IMG/VR virus record: IMGVR_UViG_3300025141_000031
Length of the DNA stretch: 64,000 nucleotides
Source of the DNA: a virus
Direction: 5' to 3' (one strand)
Shown here piece after piece: positions 1 through 9,273 of the stretch. The notes below the pieces were generated by a model. The model searched no databases. It was not told the DNA's origin and saw nothing but the letters and a program-made list of their open reading frames with translations. Position 1 is the first letter of the stretch. Each line of letters begins with the position of its first letter. The translations under genes were made by a program, and so were the position numbers.

Positions 1-33
1 ATATGGGACTATGTAATTTATACGAAGAGAATC

Positions 34-256
34 TTACCGTCTTCTTCTAGATTGAGCCTTGGCACTTTTGTGAGCTTTTTCATCTGCTTTCTTACGTTCT
101 TTATGAACTCGTTCAATTGCTTTGATATAAAATACACGTAACCAGATAGGCATTGCATATACGTCAGACCAATTGAACCCACCTTTCCCCCAGTAGATAA
201 GATCAAATATCTGTTGGTGCAGAATGGGCCTATAGCTAGGCCCCAGGCCAAAAAAA
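34..256 (-). CDS. T4 gp51-like tail/baseplate assembly chaperone C-terminal frame, probably reached by frameshift from the gp26-like gene
   Basis: LHQQIFDLIYWGKGGFNWSDVYAMPIWLRVFYI resembles the gp51 motif (F.L....YS..E..NM.PWER..Y). No SD-led start; the frame opens across a T7 run at the end of the upstream gene. Confidence 0.6.
226..256 (-). other. Putative programmed frameshift signal (U7 run plus GC-rich hairpin)
   Basis: The minus strand reads AAC TTTTTTT GGCCTG GGGCCTA-GCTA-TAGGCCC: a perfect 7-bp stem 6 nt after the T run. Confidence 0.6.
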
Positions 257-1114
257 GTTGGTGTCAATGGGCAAGTCCATAAAAAACTCTTCTCCCGTAG
301 ATGGATCATCAAAACACAAATTTAAATCTACATCTGGTTGTAATTCTCTCATGTACGTACGTAACGCTCTTGAATCTAATGCTAATAATTCATTTTGAAC
401 GAATTTACGTATTGTCATTTTATCTTCATCTCCATCGATGGATACAATTGAATATGTTAATCTAGTTGATAATGTTGAATCAACACCTCTTGAAAATTTC
501 TTAGCTGCTTTAATTTCAGCTTCAATACTAGGCTCATCACCATGAGTTAAAAATTTGAATTCTACTGTTCTTTTAGCTGCTGGTAATTTAAATGAAAATC
601 TATTTAATCCTTTTGTAAAGATAGAATAATCAATTTCCTTTTCTTTAAGTTCAGCTAAATCGATAACTTCCTTTATTTTTTCGCCTGAAGGTGTATTAAT
701 TTCGCATTGATAATCTTTACCATATCCTAATACTCTTGCTGCAATCATAATAGCATTTTTATCACCTAATAGTAATTCATTATACTTAACTTTCTTTCCT
801 TCGCCATTACTTATTATCAATGATTGGAATAATTTATCTAAAACAACTCCTTGTTTAATATAAGACTGTGTAGTTAGAATATCTTCTTCTTTAGCGGTCA
901 TATACTTCATTTCTACTTTACCTGATTGTAAAGAACTTCCATCTGGATATAATAATCCTCTTGATGGTAAATCAACTACTTCAGTTGGAAACTGATGTTT
1001 CTTTGCTGTTTCGCCTGTATATGCGTCAATTGCTCTTGCTTTTAATTCTTCTGTTGTTGGTGCTTTTGCAATAGTTTGTTTTCCTGGATATTCTTCATTT
1101 ACGTTTTTTGCCAT
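236..1114 (-). CDS. T4 gp26-like baseplate hub / tail assembly chaperone
   Basis: PTEVVDLPSRG...VEMKYMTAKEEDIL and a second FKLP...VEFKFLT repeat, typical of gp26-like proteins; follows the tail tube gene. Confidence 0.7.
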   Translation of the reverse strand: MAKNVNEEYPGKQTIAKAPTTEELKARAIDAYTGETAKKHQFPTEVVDLPSRGLLYPDGSSLQSGKVEMKYMTAKEEDILTTQSYIKQGVVLDKLFQSLIISNGEGKKVKYNELLLGDKNAIMIAARVLGYGKDYQCEINTPSGEKIKEVIDLAELKEKEIDYSIFTKGLNRFSFKLPAAKRTVEFKFLTHGDEPSIEAEIKAAKKFSRGVDSTLSTRLTYSIVSIDGDEDKMTIRKFVQNELLALDSRALRTYMRELQPDVDLNLCFDDPSTGEEFFMDLPIDTNFFWPGA

Positions 1115-1171
1115 AACTTAACCTCTTCCTTTTGTTTAAGAGAATATAATTCTCAATTAATAACATTTAAT

Positions 1172-1179
1172 ATAAATAT
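1172..1179 (-). promoter_or_regulatory. Late-type promoter motif ATATTTAT, representative of 17 intergenic copies (starts 1172, 1753, 3632, 3964, 9252, 13400, 16349, 20359, 22288, 25352, 28138, 35299, 40518, 42320, 44509, 56315, 60338)
   Basis: Invariant 8-mer (usually CATATTTATATT) in short intergenic gaps upstream of mostly structural genes, always in the same orientation. Confidence 0.75.
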
Positions 1180-1189
1180 GCATGAGCCC

Positions 1190-1219
1190 AAAAAAAATCC
1201 CACCGTAAGGTAGGATTCT
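1190..1219 (-). terminator. Intrinsic terminator after the tail tube gene
   Basis: AATCCTACC-TTAC-GGTGGGATT followed by a T run. Confidence 0.8.
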
Positions 1220-1239
1220 TTAATGATCTTAAATCTTAA

Positions 1240-1728
1240 TTAGAATTGAAGGATTGCATAATCATATTTAATTGTTAATTCAATATTAACTGCATCTTCC
1301 GTTGCCCAATCCATATCTCCAAAAGTGGCAGATGAAATAAATGCGCCTTTAATAGTCCATTCTTCAACTTTATCACCTACAGGACCTAAAGTATTAAATA
1401 CTATATCTTTCTTATAGAAATCAGAATAACCATCTCTTCCTGTTACTGATTCGTGATGTAAACGTATCCATTCCATACAAGCTTGAGCTCCTGATGGAAC
1501 TACTGGATCATATAATGTTACTGTTATATCTTGCCATCTAGATTTTCCTTTTAACTTTCTTTCCACATTAATATGGTCTAGAATAAGCTCACCTTGATCA
1601 ATTGATGGTCTTGATGCTGCTTTAACTATATAAGCTGGAATACCTTCTATGTACATTATAAACCTATTTGCTACTTTCGGCTCATATGCGGTATACATTA
1701 TTTCATTTGGACTTAGTAAATCTGCCAT
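1240..1728 (-). CDS. gp19: Tail tube protein (T4 gp19-like)
   Basis: EPKVANRF...WQDITVTLYD...EEWTIKGAF...LTIKYDYA; directly after the sheath gene; SD AAGGAG. Confidence 0.9.
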   Translation of the reverse strand: MADLLSPNEIMYTAYEPKVANRFIMYIEGIPAYIVKAASRPSIDQGELILDHINVERKLKGKSRWQDITVTLYDPVVPSGAQACMEWIRLHHESVTGRDGYSDFYKKDIVFNTLGPVGDKVEEWTIKGAFISSATFGDMDWATEDAVNIELTIKYDYAILQF

Positions 1729-1785
1729 TTTATTTTCTCCTTGTTATTTAATATAAATATACTATTATTAACTTTTAACTACCTT

Positions 1786-3594
1786 CTATTCCGGAAATGC
1801 TGCACCAGTTGGAAGAATATTAAAGTCAATTATAATAAATTCTGCTGTTCTGGTTGGTTGTAAGAATAACTGACCTACCATTTGGTTTCTATCTATTACA
1901 TCCGGTGTATTATTTGTTTCATCCATTACTACTTTAAATGCATACAAACCTTGTCTTTGTTGTACACTTTCTAAATATGGATTAACAATACTTAAGAATC
2001 TATTTCTAGTTTCTGATGTATTTTGTTCAAACACTAAATATCTAGTTGCTGATGCAATAAATTTCTTAGCTGCAATCATCAATCTTCTAACATTTACTCT
2101 ATCTAATGCAGATGCTTTTTTCTGTAATGTTTTTTGTCCAAATGCTACTACTCCACTATTAGGAAAAGTTGCTAATGGATTAACATTTGCATCATATAAA
2201 GAATCTCTATTACCATGAGTTAATTTTCTTTCTGGTTGTATTGCTCTATCAATTCCACCTCTATTTAAACCAGCTGGTGCAAACCATTCAGCTGCAACCT
2301 TATCATTAAATGCATATACACCACCCATTGCAATTGAAGCTGGTACCCAAACATTTTTAGAAGCATAATTATCAGACATTTGAACCCATGGCCAATACAT
2401 TGCAGCATAATTAGTATCTCTTGCAGAAGCTTCTGTAGTTGCATCTGTAATTGTTGAACCAAATCCTACTGGATCAATTATTGTAAAACAATCTCCTCTA
2501 TTTTCACACATCTCAATTGCTGATGCTGCTACAATTGAATGACCTGTAAATGCTGAAATCACACCTGGTAACATTAATAAATTAATATCATATTCGTCTT
2601 GGTTTGCTAACAAGTTAATTGCATCTTCATATGCTGTTTTACCTTCACCTGCTGTTGTCAAGTCATATCCTTGCATATTTGTTGATTCAATCTGTTCATA
2701 AAATTTCTTTGGATGTTGTACAGTTCCATCACTACCTCCACTAAATGTTCCTGAAACTGCTAATGGTAATGAACCAGATAAGCCTGCTGCTACTGTTCCT
2801 GTACCATCATCTCTAATAGCACCATTCTCATCTAAATAATTTAAAGTAGTTCTATTAACAATTACTCTAACTTCTTTAGATTTGTTCATATAAGAACCTG
2901 ATGCTTGGATATAAGGACTAGTAGTACCAGAACCTCTTAAATTAAGTTTTGCATCTCCAATTCTTTTAGATATGAAGTTTGTTGAATTTGGATCTAATGA
3001 TAAGTTGTTCCAAGTCTCAACAATATTTTTTCTTTTAATTGTATCATCACCTTTTCTTAAATATAATGAGAAAGTACCTTTTGAAGTATTAACACTTGCA
3101 ATTTCCCATCTTAAGTTATCTTTCGAACCAGATAATAATCTACAATTTGTACTTATTGAAGTAGCAGCAGTCGATCCTGAACCTGCTGTTGATGCGGCAG
3201 GTAATCCACTATTTAATAGTGCTCCATCAGATAAAGTATACATTGTAAAACAAGCATTACCTAAATCTGCTGCTCCTACTTTAGTATCAGCTCCGCTAAA
3301 TGAACCAGCTAAAACTCTAACAACCGTTAAGGTGTCATGATGTCTTAAATATTCTTCTGCTGCTAATGACGTTAAGTATGAATAGTAATCTAAGTTCTCT
3401 GCGGAACCACTTTCGAACACATCTCCGAATAATTGTCTATATTCAGCAAATGATGTTACCATAGTAGGAACCAGACCAGGTCCTTTAACCGTTGGTCCAA
3501 TTATTGCTGCCCCTATATTTTGTACTCCTGCAGGAAGAAATGATAAGTCTCTTTCTCTAGTAAATACACCGGGTGATACGATTTTTTCAGCCAT
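1786..3594 (-). CDS. gp18: Contractile tail sheath protein (T4 gp18-like)
   Basis: SPGVFTRERD N-terminus; WFAPAGLNRG, DRVNVRRL, FEQN, LQPTRTAEFI motifs. Confidence 0.95.
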   Translation of the reverse strand: MAEKIVSPGVFTRERDLSFLPAGVQNIGAAIIGPTVKGPGLVPTMVTSFAEYRQLFGDVFESGSAENLDYYSYLTSLAAEEYLRHHDTLTVVRVLAGSFSGADTKVGAADLGNACFTMYTLSDGALLNSGLPAASTAGSGSTAATSISTNCRLLSGSKDNLRWEIASVNTSKGTFSLYLRKGDDTIKRKNIVETWNNLSLDPNSTNFISKRIGDAKLNLRGSGTTSPYIQASGSYMNKSKEVRVIVNRTTLNYLDENGAIRDDGTGTVAAGLSGSLPLAVSGTFSGGSDGTVQHPKKFYEQIESTNMQGYDLTTAGEGKTAYEDAINLLANQDEYDINLLMLPGVISAFTGHSIVAASAIEMCENRGDCFTIIDPVGFGSTITDATTEASARDTNYAAMYWPWVQMSDNYASKNVWVPASIAMGGVYAFNDKVAAEWFAPAGLNRGGIDRAIQPERKLTHGNRDSLYDANVNPLATFPNSGVVAFGQKTLQKKASALDRVNVRRLMIAAKKFIASATRYLVFEQNTSETRNRFLSIVNPYLESVQQRQGLYAFKVVMDETNNTPDVIDRNQMVGQLFLQPTRTAEFIIIDFNILPTGAAFPE

Positions 3595-3659
3595 TTATAA
3601 ATCTCCTTAATTATTGTTTCTTTATTTTTTAATAAATATACATTTCCGGCTTCAAACCT

Positions 3660-3935
3660 TTAGTTTGATGGTGAAAAAGTCCCGGAATCTAAATCCAATG
3701 TTCCTCTGCCGTATTTTTCGTTGAATTCTTTAACCAATTCAAGCTCTGTTTTTTGAATATTTGCATATTCCGTATTAAATGTTTTATCTAGTTGATTTAA
3801 TTTTTCCGTCTTTTGATCATGTAAAATTTGTTCTAATTTTAACTCTCCAAAGTTGGCAACTAACTTAGACATTCTTTCTCGTAACTCTTGAACTTTATTT
3901 AGTTCTTCTTCTGTAAACTTTTTTGTTTCTGACAT
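3660..3935 (-). CDS. Small coiled-coil hypothetical protein
   Basis: Helical heptads ending KYGRGTLDLDSGTF; own ATATTTAT motif and SD AAAGGAG. Confidence 0.7.
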   Translation of the reverse strand: MSETKKFTEEELNKVQELRERMSKLVANFGELKLEQILHDQKTEKLNQLDKTFNTEYANIQKTELELVKEFNEKYGRGTLDLDSGTFSPSN

Positions 3936-3996
3936 AACTGTTCTCCTTTTTTTGTTTCCTTATATAAATATGCTTATATTAACTTAAACAACCATC

Positions 3997-4257
3997 CTAA
4001 ACTATCCATCCTAAGGAAACTGCTGCTTTAAGTTTAAATACTACAACTATACCTGGCCAAGGTGCTACTGCTAGGCCTCCTCCTGGAGGATGAAATTTTG
4101 TATTAACTCGTCCTGATAATATATACTGTTGTATCGCTGCTGTCATAACAGCTGCCATATCACCTTCTACTTCTGCGTTAGCTGGTCCTGGTTTTCCTGC
4201 TTGTCTTCTAAAGGCCGCGTATATTCCTAGATTTAATGCTGGTGTATTTAATGACAT
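3997..4257 (-). CDS. Stand-alone copy of an ~85-aa domain shared with the next two genes (putative spike-tip/adaptor)
   Basis: M.LN...L...I..AF..Q..K.GP....V....A.....AI..Y..SG pattern and a PW motif are shared with 4300..5517 and 5529..6629. Confidence 0.65.
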   Translation of the reverse strand: MSLNTPALNLGIYAAFRRQAGKPGPANAEVEGDMAAVMTAAIQQYILSGRVNTKFHPPGGGLAVAPWPGIVVVFKLKAAVSLGWIV

Positions 4258-4299
4258 ATTTGTTCCTTTTTAATTTTATGTTTGTTTTTCATTTTCTAT

Positions 4300-5517
4300 T
4301 TATGCGCCAGCTAAGGTTATTTTTCCATCAGATCCGGCTATGAACTGTTTAGAGTCTCTATTAGTATGCTTAATTGCTCTTTTTGTAGCAGATGAAGTCA
4401 TACCTTTCCCCCAACCTGCATTGGCTCTTGCTGTCACCAAATTAGCAGTGGCTTGATCAGGAAATTGTGGATTTGAGCCTTTATATTCAGGATAAGGGTG
4501 ACTTCTGGATTTCCACCTATTTTGAAGAAATGCTACAGCTGCTGGAGCTGCTACTGCTGGATCATTTAATAAATCAGGATCAGATAATATATCAACTCCT
4601 ATTATTTTCGCATACTTTTCATAAGAATCTCGGAAAGTTATTTGATTAAACCCACGTCCACGGTAGTCGTATCCATCAGATGTACCTTTCCGATTTCCAT
4701 ATTTACCAGCATATACAAGGTTAGCTAATTTTTTATCATCTCCAGAATATTCTTCAGCTAATGCGTTATAATTAAACTTGCCTTGTCCTTTTGGTACAGT
4801 GTTTCCTGTTTTGGAAAATCTACCCCAAACTTCTGCTAATCTACCTTTGGAATAAAACATTTTTTCACTCTTCGGACATAGACTAGACTCTTTTGAGATC
4901 ACTGCGAGTATTGCTATCCTTGCATATGTATTCGTAATACCAAATTTTTCCATTGCATTTTCAAGATGAACTATATTATCTGGAACAACACAAGGTCCTG
5001 TTTTATTCAAATATTTAGATTTTGAAACTTTATTTAAATCTGATTTAGTTACATCATCTGAAGTATCTCCGGAAGTTGTTCCTGTTGTTGTATGTACAGG
5101 CCCTGTTGTACTACTTTGTCCTGGTCCACTCTTATTATGTCTAGTACTACCACTACCTCCGCCTCCGCCTCCGCCACTTGATGGAGGTGGTGGATTTGTA
5201 CCTACTGGTGGAGTAATAGTTATAGCTCCTGATGATACTGGTGATGTAGAACCATCTGTTTCGAAAGATGCAACTCCAATTCCTATAGGGATATAAAATG
5301 TTGCTCTAATTCCTGGCCATGGAAAAGCTGCCATACCTGAAGCTATTCCGCCCCATCCTAAAATAATCCATGCACCCTCTAAATATTCTCGTATTGCATT
5401 TGAAATATCTGATGCCAGTTCAGCTGAAACTCCTCCTTTATATGGACCTGGTTTTGCAGCCTGTTTCAAAAATGCTGTATGTATACGAGCTCGTAATAGT
5501 ATTTTATTTAATGCCAT
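4300..5517 (-). CDS. Adaptor domain + Pro/Gly linker + GH19 lysozyme/chitinase domain
   Basis: ILAVISKES catalytic Glu region; LANLVYAGKYGN...DGYDYRGRGFNQITFRDSY...DPDLL is a GH19 endolysin-type signature. Confidence 0.85.
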   Translation of the reverse strand: MALNKILLRARIHTAFLKQAAKPGPYKGGVSAELASDISNAIREYLEGAWIILGWGGIASGMAAFPWPGIRATFYIPIGIGVASFETDGSTSPVSSGAITITPPVGTNPPPPSSGGGGGGGSGSTRHNKSGPGQSSTTGPVHTTTGTTSGDTSDDVTKSDLNKVSKSKYLNKTGPCVVPDNIVHLENAMEKFGITNTYARIAILAVISKESSLCPKSEKMFYSKGRLAEVWGRFSKTGNTVPKGQGKFNYNALAEEYSGDDKKLANLVYAGKYGNRKGTSDGYDYRGRGFNQITFRDSYEKYAKIIGVDILSDPDLLNDPAVAAPAAVAFLQNRWKSRSHPYPEYKGSNPQFPDQATANLVTARANAGWGKGMTSSATKRAIKHTNRDSKQFIAGSDGKITLAGA

Positions 5518-5528
5518 GATTATTTAAT

Positions 5529-6629
5529 TTACTTTACAGGTTTTGACATAGTTAATTGTTTATCTGCAGGAAACCATTTATTTACTAATTTCATTCTTCT
5601 TTCTTTATGACCTGAACGTTCATTTTGTCCAAATTTGTGAACATAAGCCGTTAGTATTTTTTCAGGGTCCCATTTTAATCTTCTTGCTTGTTTTTTGAAT
5701 CCACCATTTCCATAACTATTAGAAACTCCAACTGCTATTGCTGCATGTCTATTTGTACTCCATCCACCTTCTGAGAATGCTGCCTTTACTGCACTTATTC
5801 TACTACCTTTACCTGCCCGTATTTGTTTTGGATTATTTTTTGGATCGTTTAGCCATTTTTTCATTCCGTTCCACCACCACTTATGAGAAGCTGATCCTGT
5901 ACCATTATCATTTTTTCCTGATGGTGTTGTATTTTTATCATTTAATTTTTCCATGTATTTTGCAGATTTTCCAAATACCTTTTGTGTATCCATATACTTA
6001 TATAAAGTATTTAATCCTCCTTGTGCAAAGTGGAATATTCCTACAGTACCACCATCTAACTTAGTCATATCTGTATAGTCTTTACCTGAACCTCCTACAA
6101 AAGACTTTCCTCCTTCATGTGCTACTACTCCATATATTGCATCTTCCCAAAATTTATCCCAGTCATCTGATGTACCAACAACCTCTGGATCAGGAACAAC
6201 ATAATCTTTATCTATAAAACTTTTTTCTTCTTTATTTCTTTCTGTTTTATTTAATTTTTTATTTTTTCTAGTAGTTCTACTACCACCGCCGCCGCCACCG
6301 CCGCCGCCGCCGCCTCCGCCGCCACCTCCGCCACCGCCACTGGAACTTGGAGGAGGAGTTGGTCCTTCAGGAAATGGTACTGCTGGTGTTGCTCCTGTAA
6401 AAGGAAATGATGGTGGTGGAGGTGCTGTCGCTCCCCATGGAAGTATTACTCCTTTATCTTTATACCATAACATTGCAATTGGACCTGATCGTACATATGT
6501 ATCTATTGCATTTGAGAGGTCTCTTGCGATTTCTCCACAAACTTCAGATTTACCAGGACCTGATTTTACTTCTTGTCTTTTAAATGCTATATATATCATT
6601 GCCTGTAATGCTGCTGAATTTAATGGCAT
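5529..6629 (-). CDS. Adaptor domain + poly-Gly linker + lysozyme-like glycosidase domain
   Basis: VVAHEGG...Y....LDGGTVGIFHF..GGL pattern of the lysozyme superfamily (GH46/VgrG3-C-like). Confidence 0.6.
   Translation of the reverse strand: MPLNSAALQAMIYIAFKRQEVKSGPGKSEVCGEIARDLSNAIDTYVRSGPIAMLWYKDKGVILPWGATAPPPPSFPFTGATPAVPFPEGPTPPPSSSGGGGGGGGGGGGGGGGGGGSRTTRKNKKLNKTERNKEEKSFIDKDYVVPDPEVVGTSDDWDKFWEDAIYGVVAHEGGKSFVGGSGKDYTDMTKLDGGTVGIFHFAQGGLNTLYKYMDTQKVFGKSAKYMEKLNDKNTTPSGKNDNGTGSASHKWWWNGMKKWLNDPKNNPKQIRAGKGSRISAVKAAFSEGGWSTNRHAAIAVGVSNSYGNGGFKKQARRLKWDPEKILTAYVHKFGQNERSGHKERRMKLVNKWFPADKQLTMSKPVK
6282..6338 (-). repeat. GGN trinucleotide run encoding about 19 Gly
   Basis: Mostly GGC codons; a GC-rich island in an AT-rich genome. 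Confidence 0.95.
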
Positions 6630-6632
6630 AAC

Positions 6633-7517
6633 CTAACTCCTATTTTCTATTTCCTTTTCTAAATCTGAAATCAATTGTCTTTCTGATGTAATTGGATTAT
6701 AACCTCCTGGTGGTGGTGTAAAGGTTGCAGGAAATTCATCTGTTGAATGTTCTGAACCAAATTTAATTTGTTTAATTGCATATCTTTTCTGAGCAGAGGA
6801 AACACGTAATTCATCTTCCATTAATAATGTTGCTTTAGTCCTTACTGGTAACGTAGCTTTTATTATTCTATCTTCTCCTGAGTTGTTCATTGTTTCAAAT
6901 GAATAATCGTCTATGTAGGTTGCAAATTTCCAACTTGTGCCCCAAGCAAATCCTCCGGTTGGCATTATCTGTTCTATAATACCATTTAATTGTTCTGTAT
7001 ATGATGTCCATATTAATAATTCATATGTTACTTCAACAAATTCAGGAACGGATGTAATATAAAATTCTTTGGTTGGTTTAGCATTTGTTAATAATCCAAA
7101 TCTATCATATGAATTTGCTTGAGTAAATTTATTTTGTAATATCATTGCATTACCAGAAGGATTTTTATTAACATCTAATTTTTTTAATATATCTCTTTCT
7201 GCAATTGAATTTCTTCGTATACTAATCATTGGTGACATTAACTTTCCTTTGGCATCTCTTAAATAACCATGCTTCTGAACTTGACTCCATTTTTCACCAT
7301 TTGCATACATTACTGGAACGTCTATTACATTATCATCTTCTATTACAGTAGGTTTAATAATATCTCTAATATAAGATATTATTGCATAATCAACATCATA
7401 AATAGTACACGATGGAGTTTTTATAGAGTCAGTATCTCTCCTTACCTCATCAGCGCGATTAAAGCTAGTATCAGGTGAAAATGAACTATACGTTTTATTT
7501 AATTTTAATTTACCCAT
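6633..7517 (-). CDS. Tail terminator / sheath stabiliser (T4 gp15-like)
   Basis: VPVMYANGEKW, PMISIRR, P..V.VTYEL.IWT...EQ...IIEQI; follows the neck genes. Confidence 0.7.
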   Translation of the reverse strand: MGKLKLNKTYSSFSPDTSFNRADEVRRDTDSIKTPSCTIYDVDYAIISYIRDIIKPTVIEDDNVIDVPVMYANGEKWSQVQKHGYLRDAKGKLMSPMISIRRNSIAERDILKKLDVNKNPSGNAMILQNKFTQANSYDRFGLLTNAKPTKEFYITSVPEFVEVTYELLIWTSYTEQLNGIIEQIMPTGGFAWGTSWKFATYIDDYSFETMNNSGEDRIIKATLPVRTKATLLMEDELRVSSAQKRYAIKQIKFGSEHSTDEFPATFTPPPGGYNPITSERQLISDLEKEIENRS

Positions 7518-7520
7518 TTA

Positions 7521-8060
7521 TTATAAATTCCTTGGTAATTGATATTCTTGATTAACTCCACCACTACGAACTTCAATTAAGTTTAATTTATTTCTTTGTG
7601 TTACATGTGCTTCACATATTACCGCGACACTATATCCATGTTCATCTACTTGTCCTCTAACAAATCCTAATAATGTAGCAGGATTTCTTCCTCCAAAATA
7701 TTGTGATGCGCCTACTTTATCTATTTCATAATATTCATTATCCCAATTCAATATATCACCTTCTTCTACTATAATTGTTCTATCAACAAGATAATCTCTT
7801 GAAAATGCAAATATACCAGTCCTAGTAGAATCTAATCCAAAATCTTCTGCAACAATCATTTTATCATCTTTTTGTACTATACATGGAACTACAATTGGAT
7901 TATAATATTTTTTTGCAATTGATTCTCCGTAGATATTTTCTCGTGTTTCATCTAATACTAACTTATATAGTTCAATTTCTGTATCTATGATATTAACTAT
8001 AAGTTCGTTATTAATATGTCTTATAAGACTTGCATCTCTTCCTGAACCAAATAATGCCAT
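7521..8060 (-). CDS. Neck/head closure protein (T4 gp14-like)
   Basis: NIYGE...K.Y, FG.D, EGDI..W...YYEI..V motifs; synteny. Confidence 0.7.
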   Translation of the reverse strand: MALFGSGRDASLIRHINNELIVNIIDTEIELYKLVLDETRENIYGESIAKKYYNPIVVPCIVQKDDKMIVAEDFGLDSTRTGIFAFSRDYLVDRTIIVEEGDILNWDNEYYEIDKVGASQYFGGRNPATLLGFVRGQVDEHGYSVAVICEAHVTQRNKLNLIEVRSGGVNQEYQLPRNL

Positions 8061-8063
8061 AAT

Positions 8064-9227
8064 TTACCCTACATATATTTTAAGTGGTATTTTATTCATT
8101 TGTTGTTGTAACGAATCTGCTTCTGCTTGTTTCCTTTCTAACTGCATTTGTCTTGACATTGAATCAAGAATTTCTTTTAATTCTGTTATAAGAGATTCTT
8201 TTTCTGATTGTCCTGCCGATAATAAATCTGCTCCGTTTAATGTCACTTCCGAATTTGGAATTGGAATTGCAGAATATTTACCTCTAATAAATCCGAGCAT
8301 TTCTTTTGCTAATGCTAAAGTGTATTTTCTTATCCATTGTCTACCTGTTGAATTAACATTTGAATAAACTATATCTTCATATGGAACATTTGAATAATCT
8401 GATATTGTTCCGGTATTTCCTTTTAAAGGATTACTACGATCAGCTTTCTTGATATACTGGAAATATATTTTTGTAAATGCACTACCGTCTGGAATTGGCC
8501 ATACTTGCATTCTATCATTTAATATTTGAAATGAATATGCTGATTTTCTTATTTGATCATTAAATTCAATTCCTTGTAATCGTAATACATCTGCATACGC
8601 TGGCATCATCATAAATGATACTCCAGGAGAATAATTACCCCAACTAAATGAATCTAACATTTGTTGAGATCCTAATCCTGTGCCTATAAATGGATCAAAG
8701 TATCTTGCTATAGCAGGTGGTGCTTCATGATATACTCTTTTCAATTCAATTGAATCTGTTCCAGCTGTACCTGATTCTAATGATACTATAGAACTATCTG
8801 TTAAGTCATATATTTGTTTACTTGATGTAACTGCTAATGAACCAGTATAATATGTTACATTACCTCCACTTCCAGCTTCTGTTCCGTATTCTTCTGCTAA
8901 TTCTATTAATCCACCTAAATTAGATGATACTTTTTGTTGGGTTAAATTACTACCTGTTGAAGCACCGAATAAGTTAACCATATTATCACGAATATTATAT
9001 GTATTAACTTGATTACCATATTCTGTTACAGCTTCTTCAAAGCAAGCAAAGAAATTTATATCCTGTAATTCAATATCAGTTAAAGGATATCCCATTCTCT
9101 TAGCACACCAATTTGCAGTATTATTTGCAGATGATGTAAAAGCATTATCTGTATCGTATAATCCGAATGGGGTACTACCCGCTGAAAATGATGATGACCC
9201 TGGCCAAATAGGAATTTTTACTGCCAT
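8064..9227 (-). CDS. Neck/adaptor protein (T4 gp13-like)
   Basis: MGYP..DIEL; WIRKYTLALAKEMLG.IRGKY..IP.P...VTLNG. Confidence 0.8.
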   Translation of the reverse strand: MAVKIPIWPGSSSFSAGSTPFGLYDTDNAFTSSANNTANWCAKRMGYPLTDIELQDINFFACFEEAVTEYGNQVNTYNIRDNMVNLFGASTGSNLTQQKVSSNLGGLIELAEEYGTEAGSGGNVTYYTGSLAVTSSKQIYDLTDSSIVSLESGTAGTDSIELKRVYHEAPPAIARYFDPFIGTGLGSQQMLDSFSWGNYSPGVSFMMMPAYADVLRLQGIEFNDQIRKSAYSFQILNDRMQVWPIPDGSAFTKIYFQYIKKADRSNPLKGNTGTISDYSNVPYEDIVYSNVNSTGRQWIRKYTLALAKEMLGFIRGKYSAIPIPNSEVTLNGADLLSAGQSEKESLITELKEILDSMSRQMQLERKQAEADSLQQQMNKIPLKIYVG

Positions 9228-9273
9228 AATTTACCTTCTCTCTATTTTAATATAAATATGGAGAAACGAAAGA

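Noticed and set aside
18-251. -1 frame ORF opening at the T7 run
   Set aside because: It lacks the gp51-like motif, and C-TTT-TTT is a poor -1 slip site; kept only as an alternative to test.
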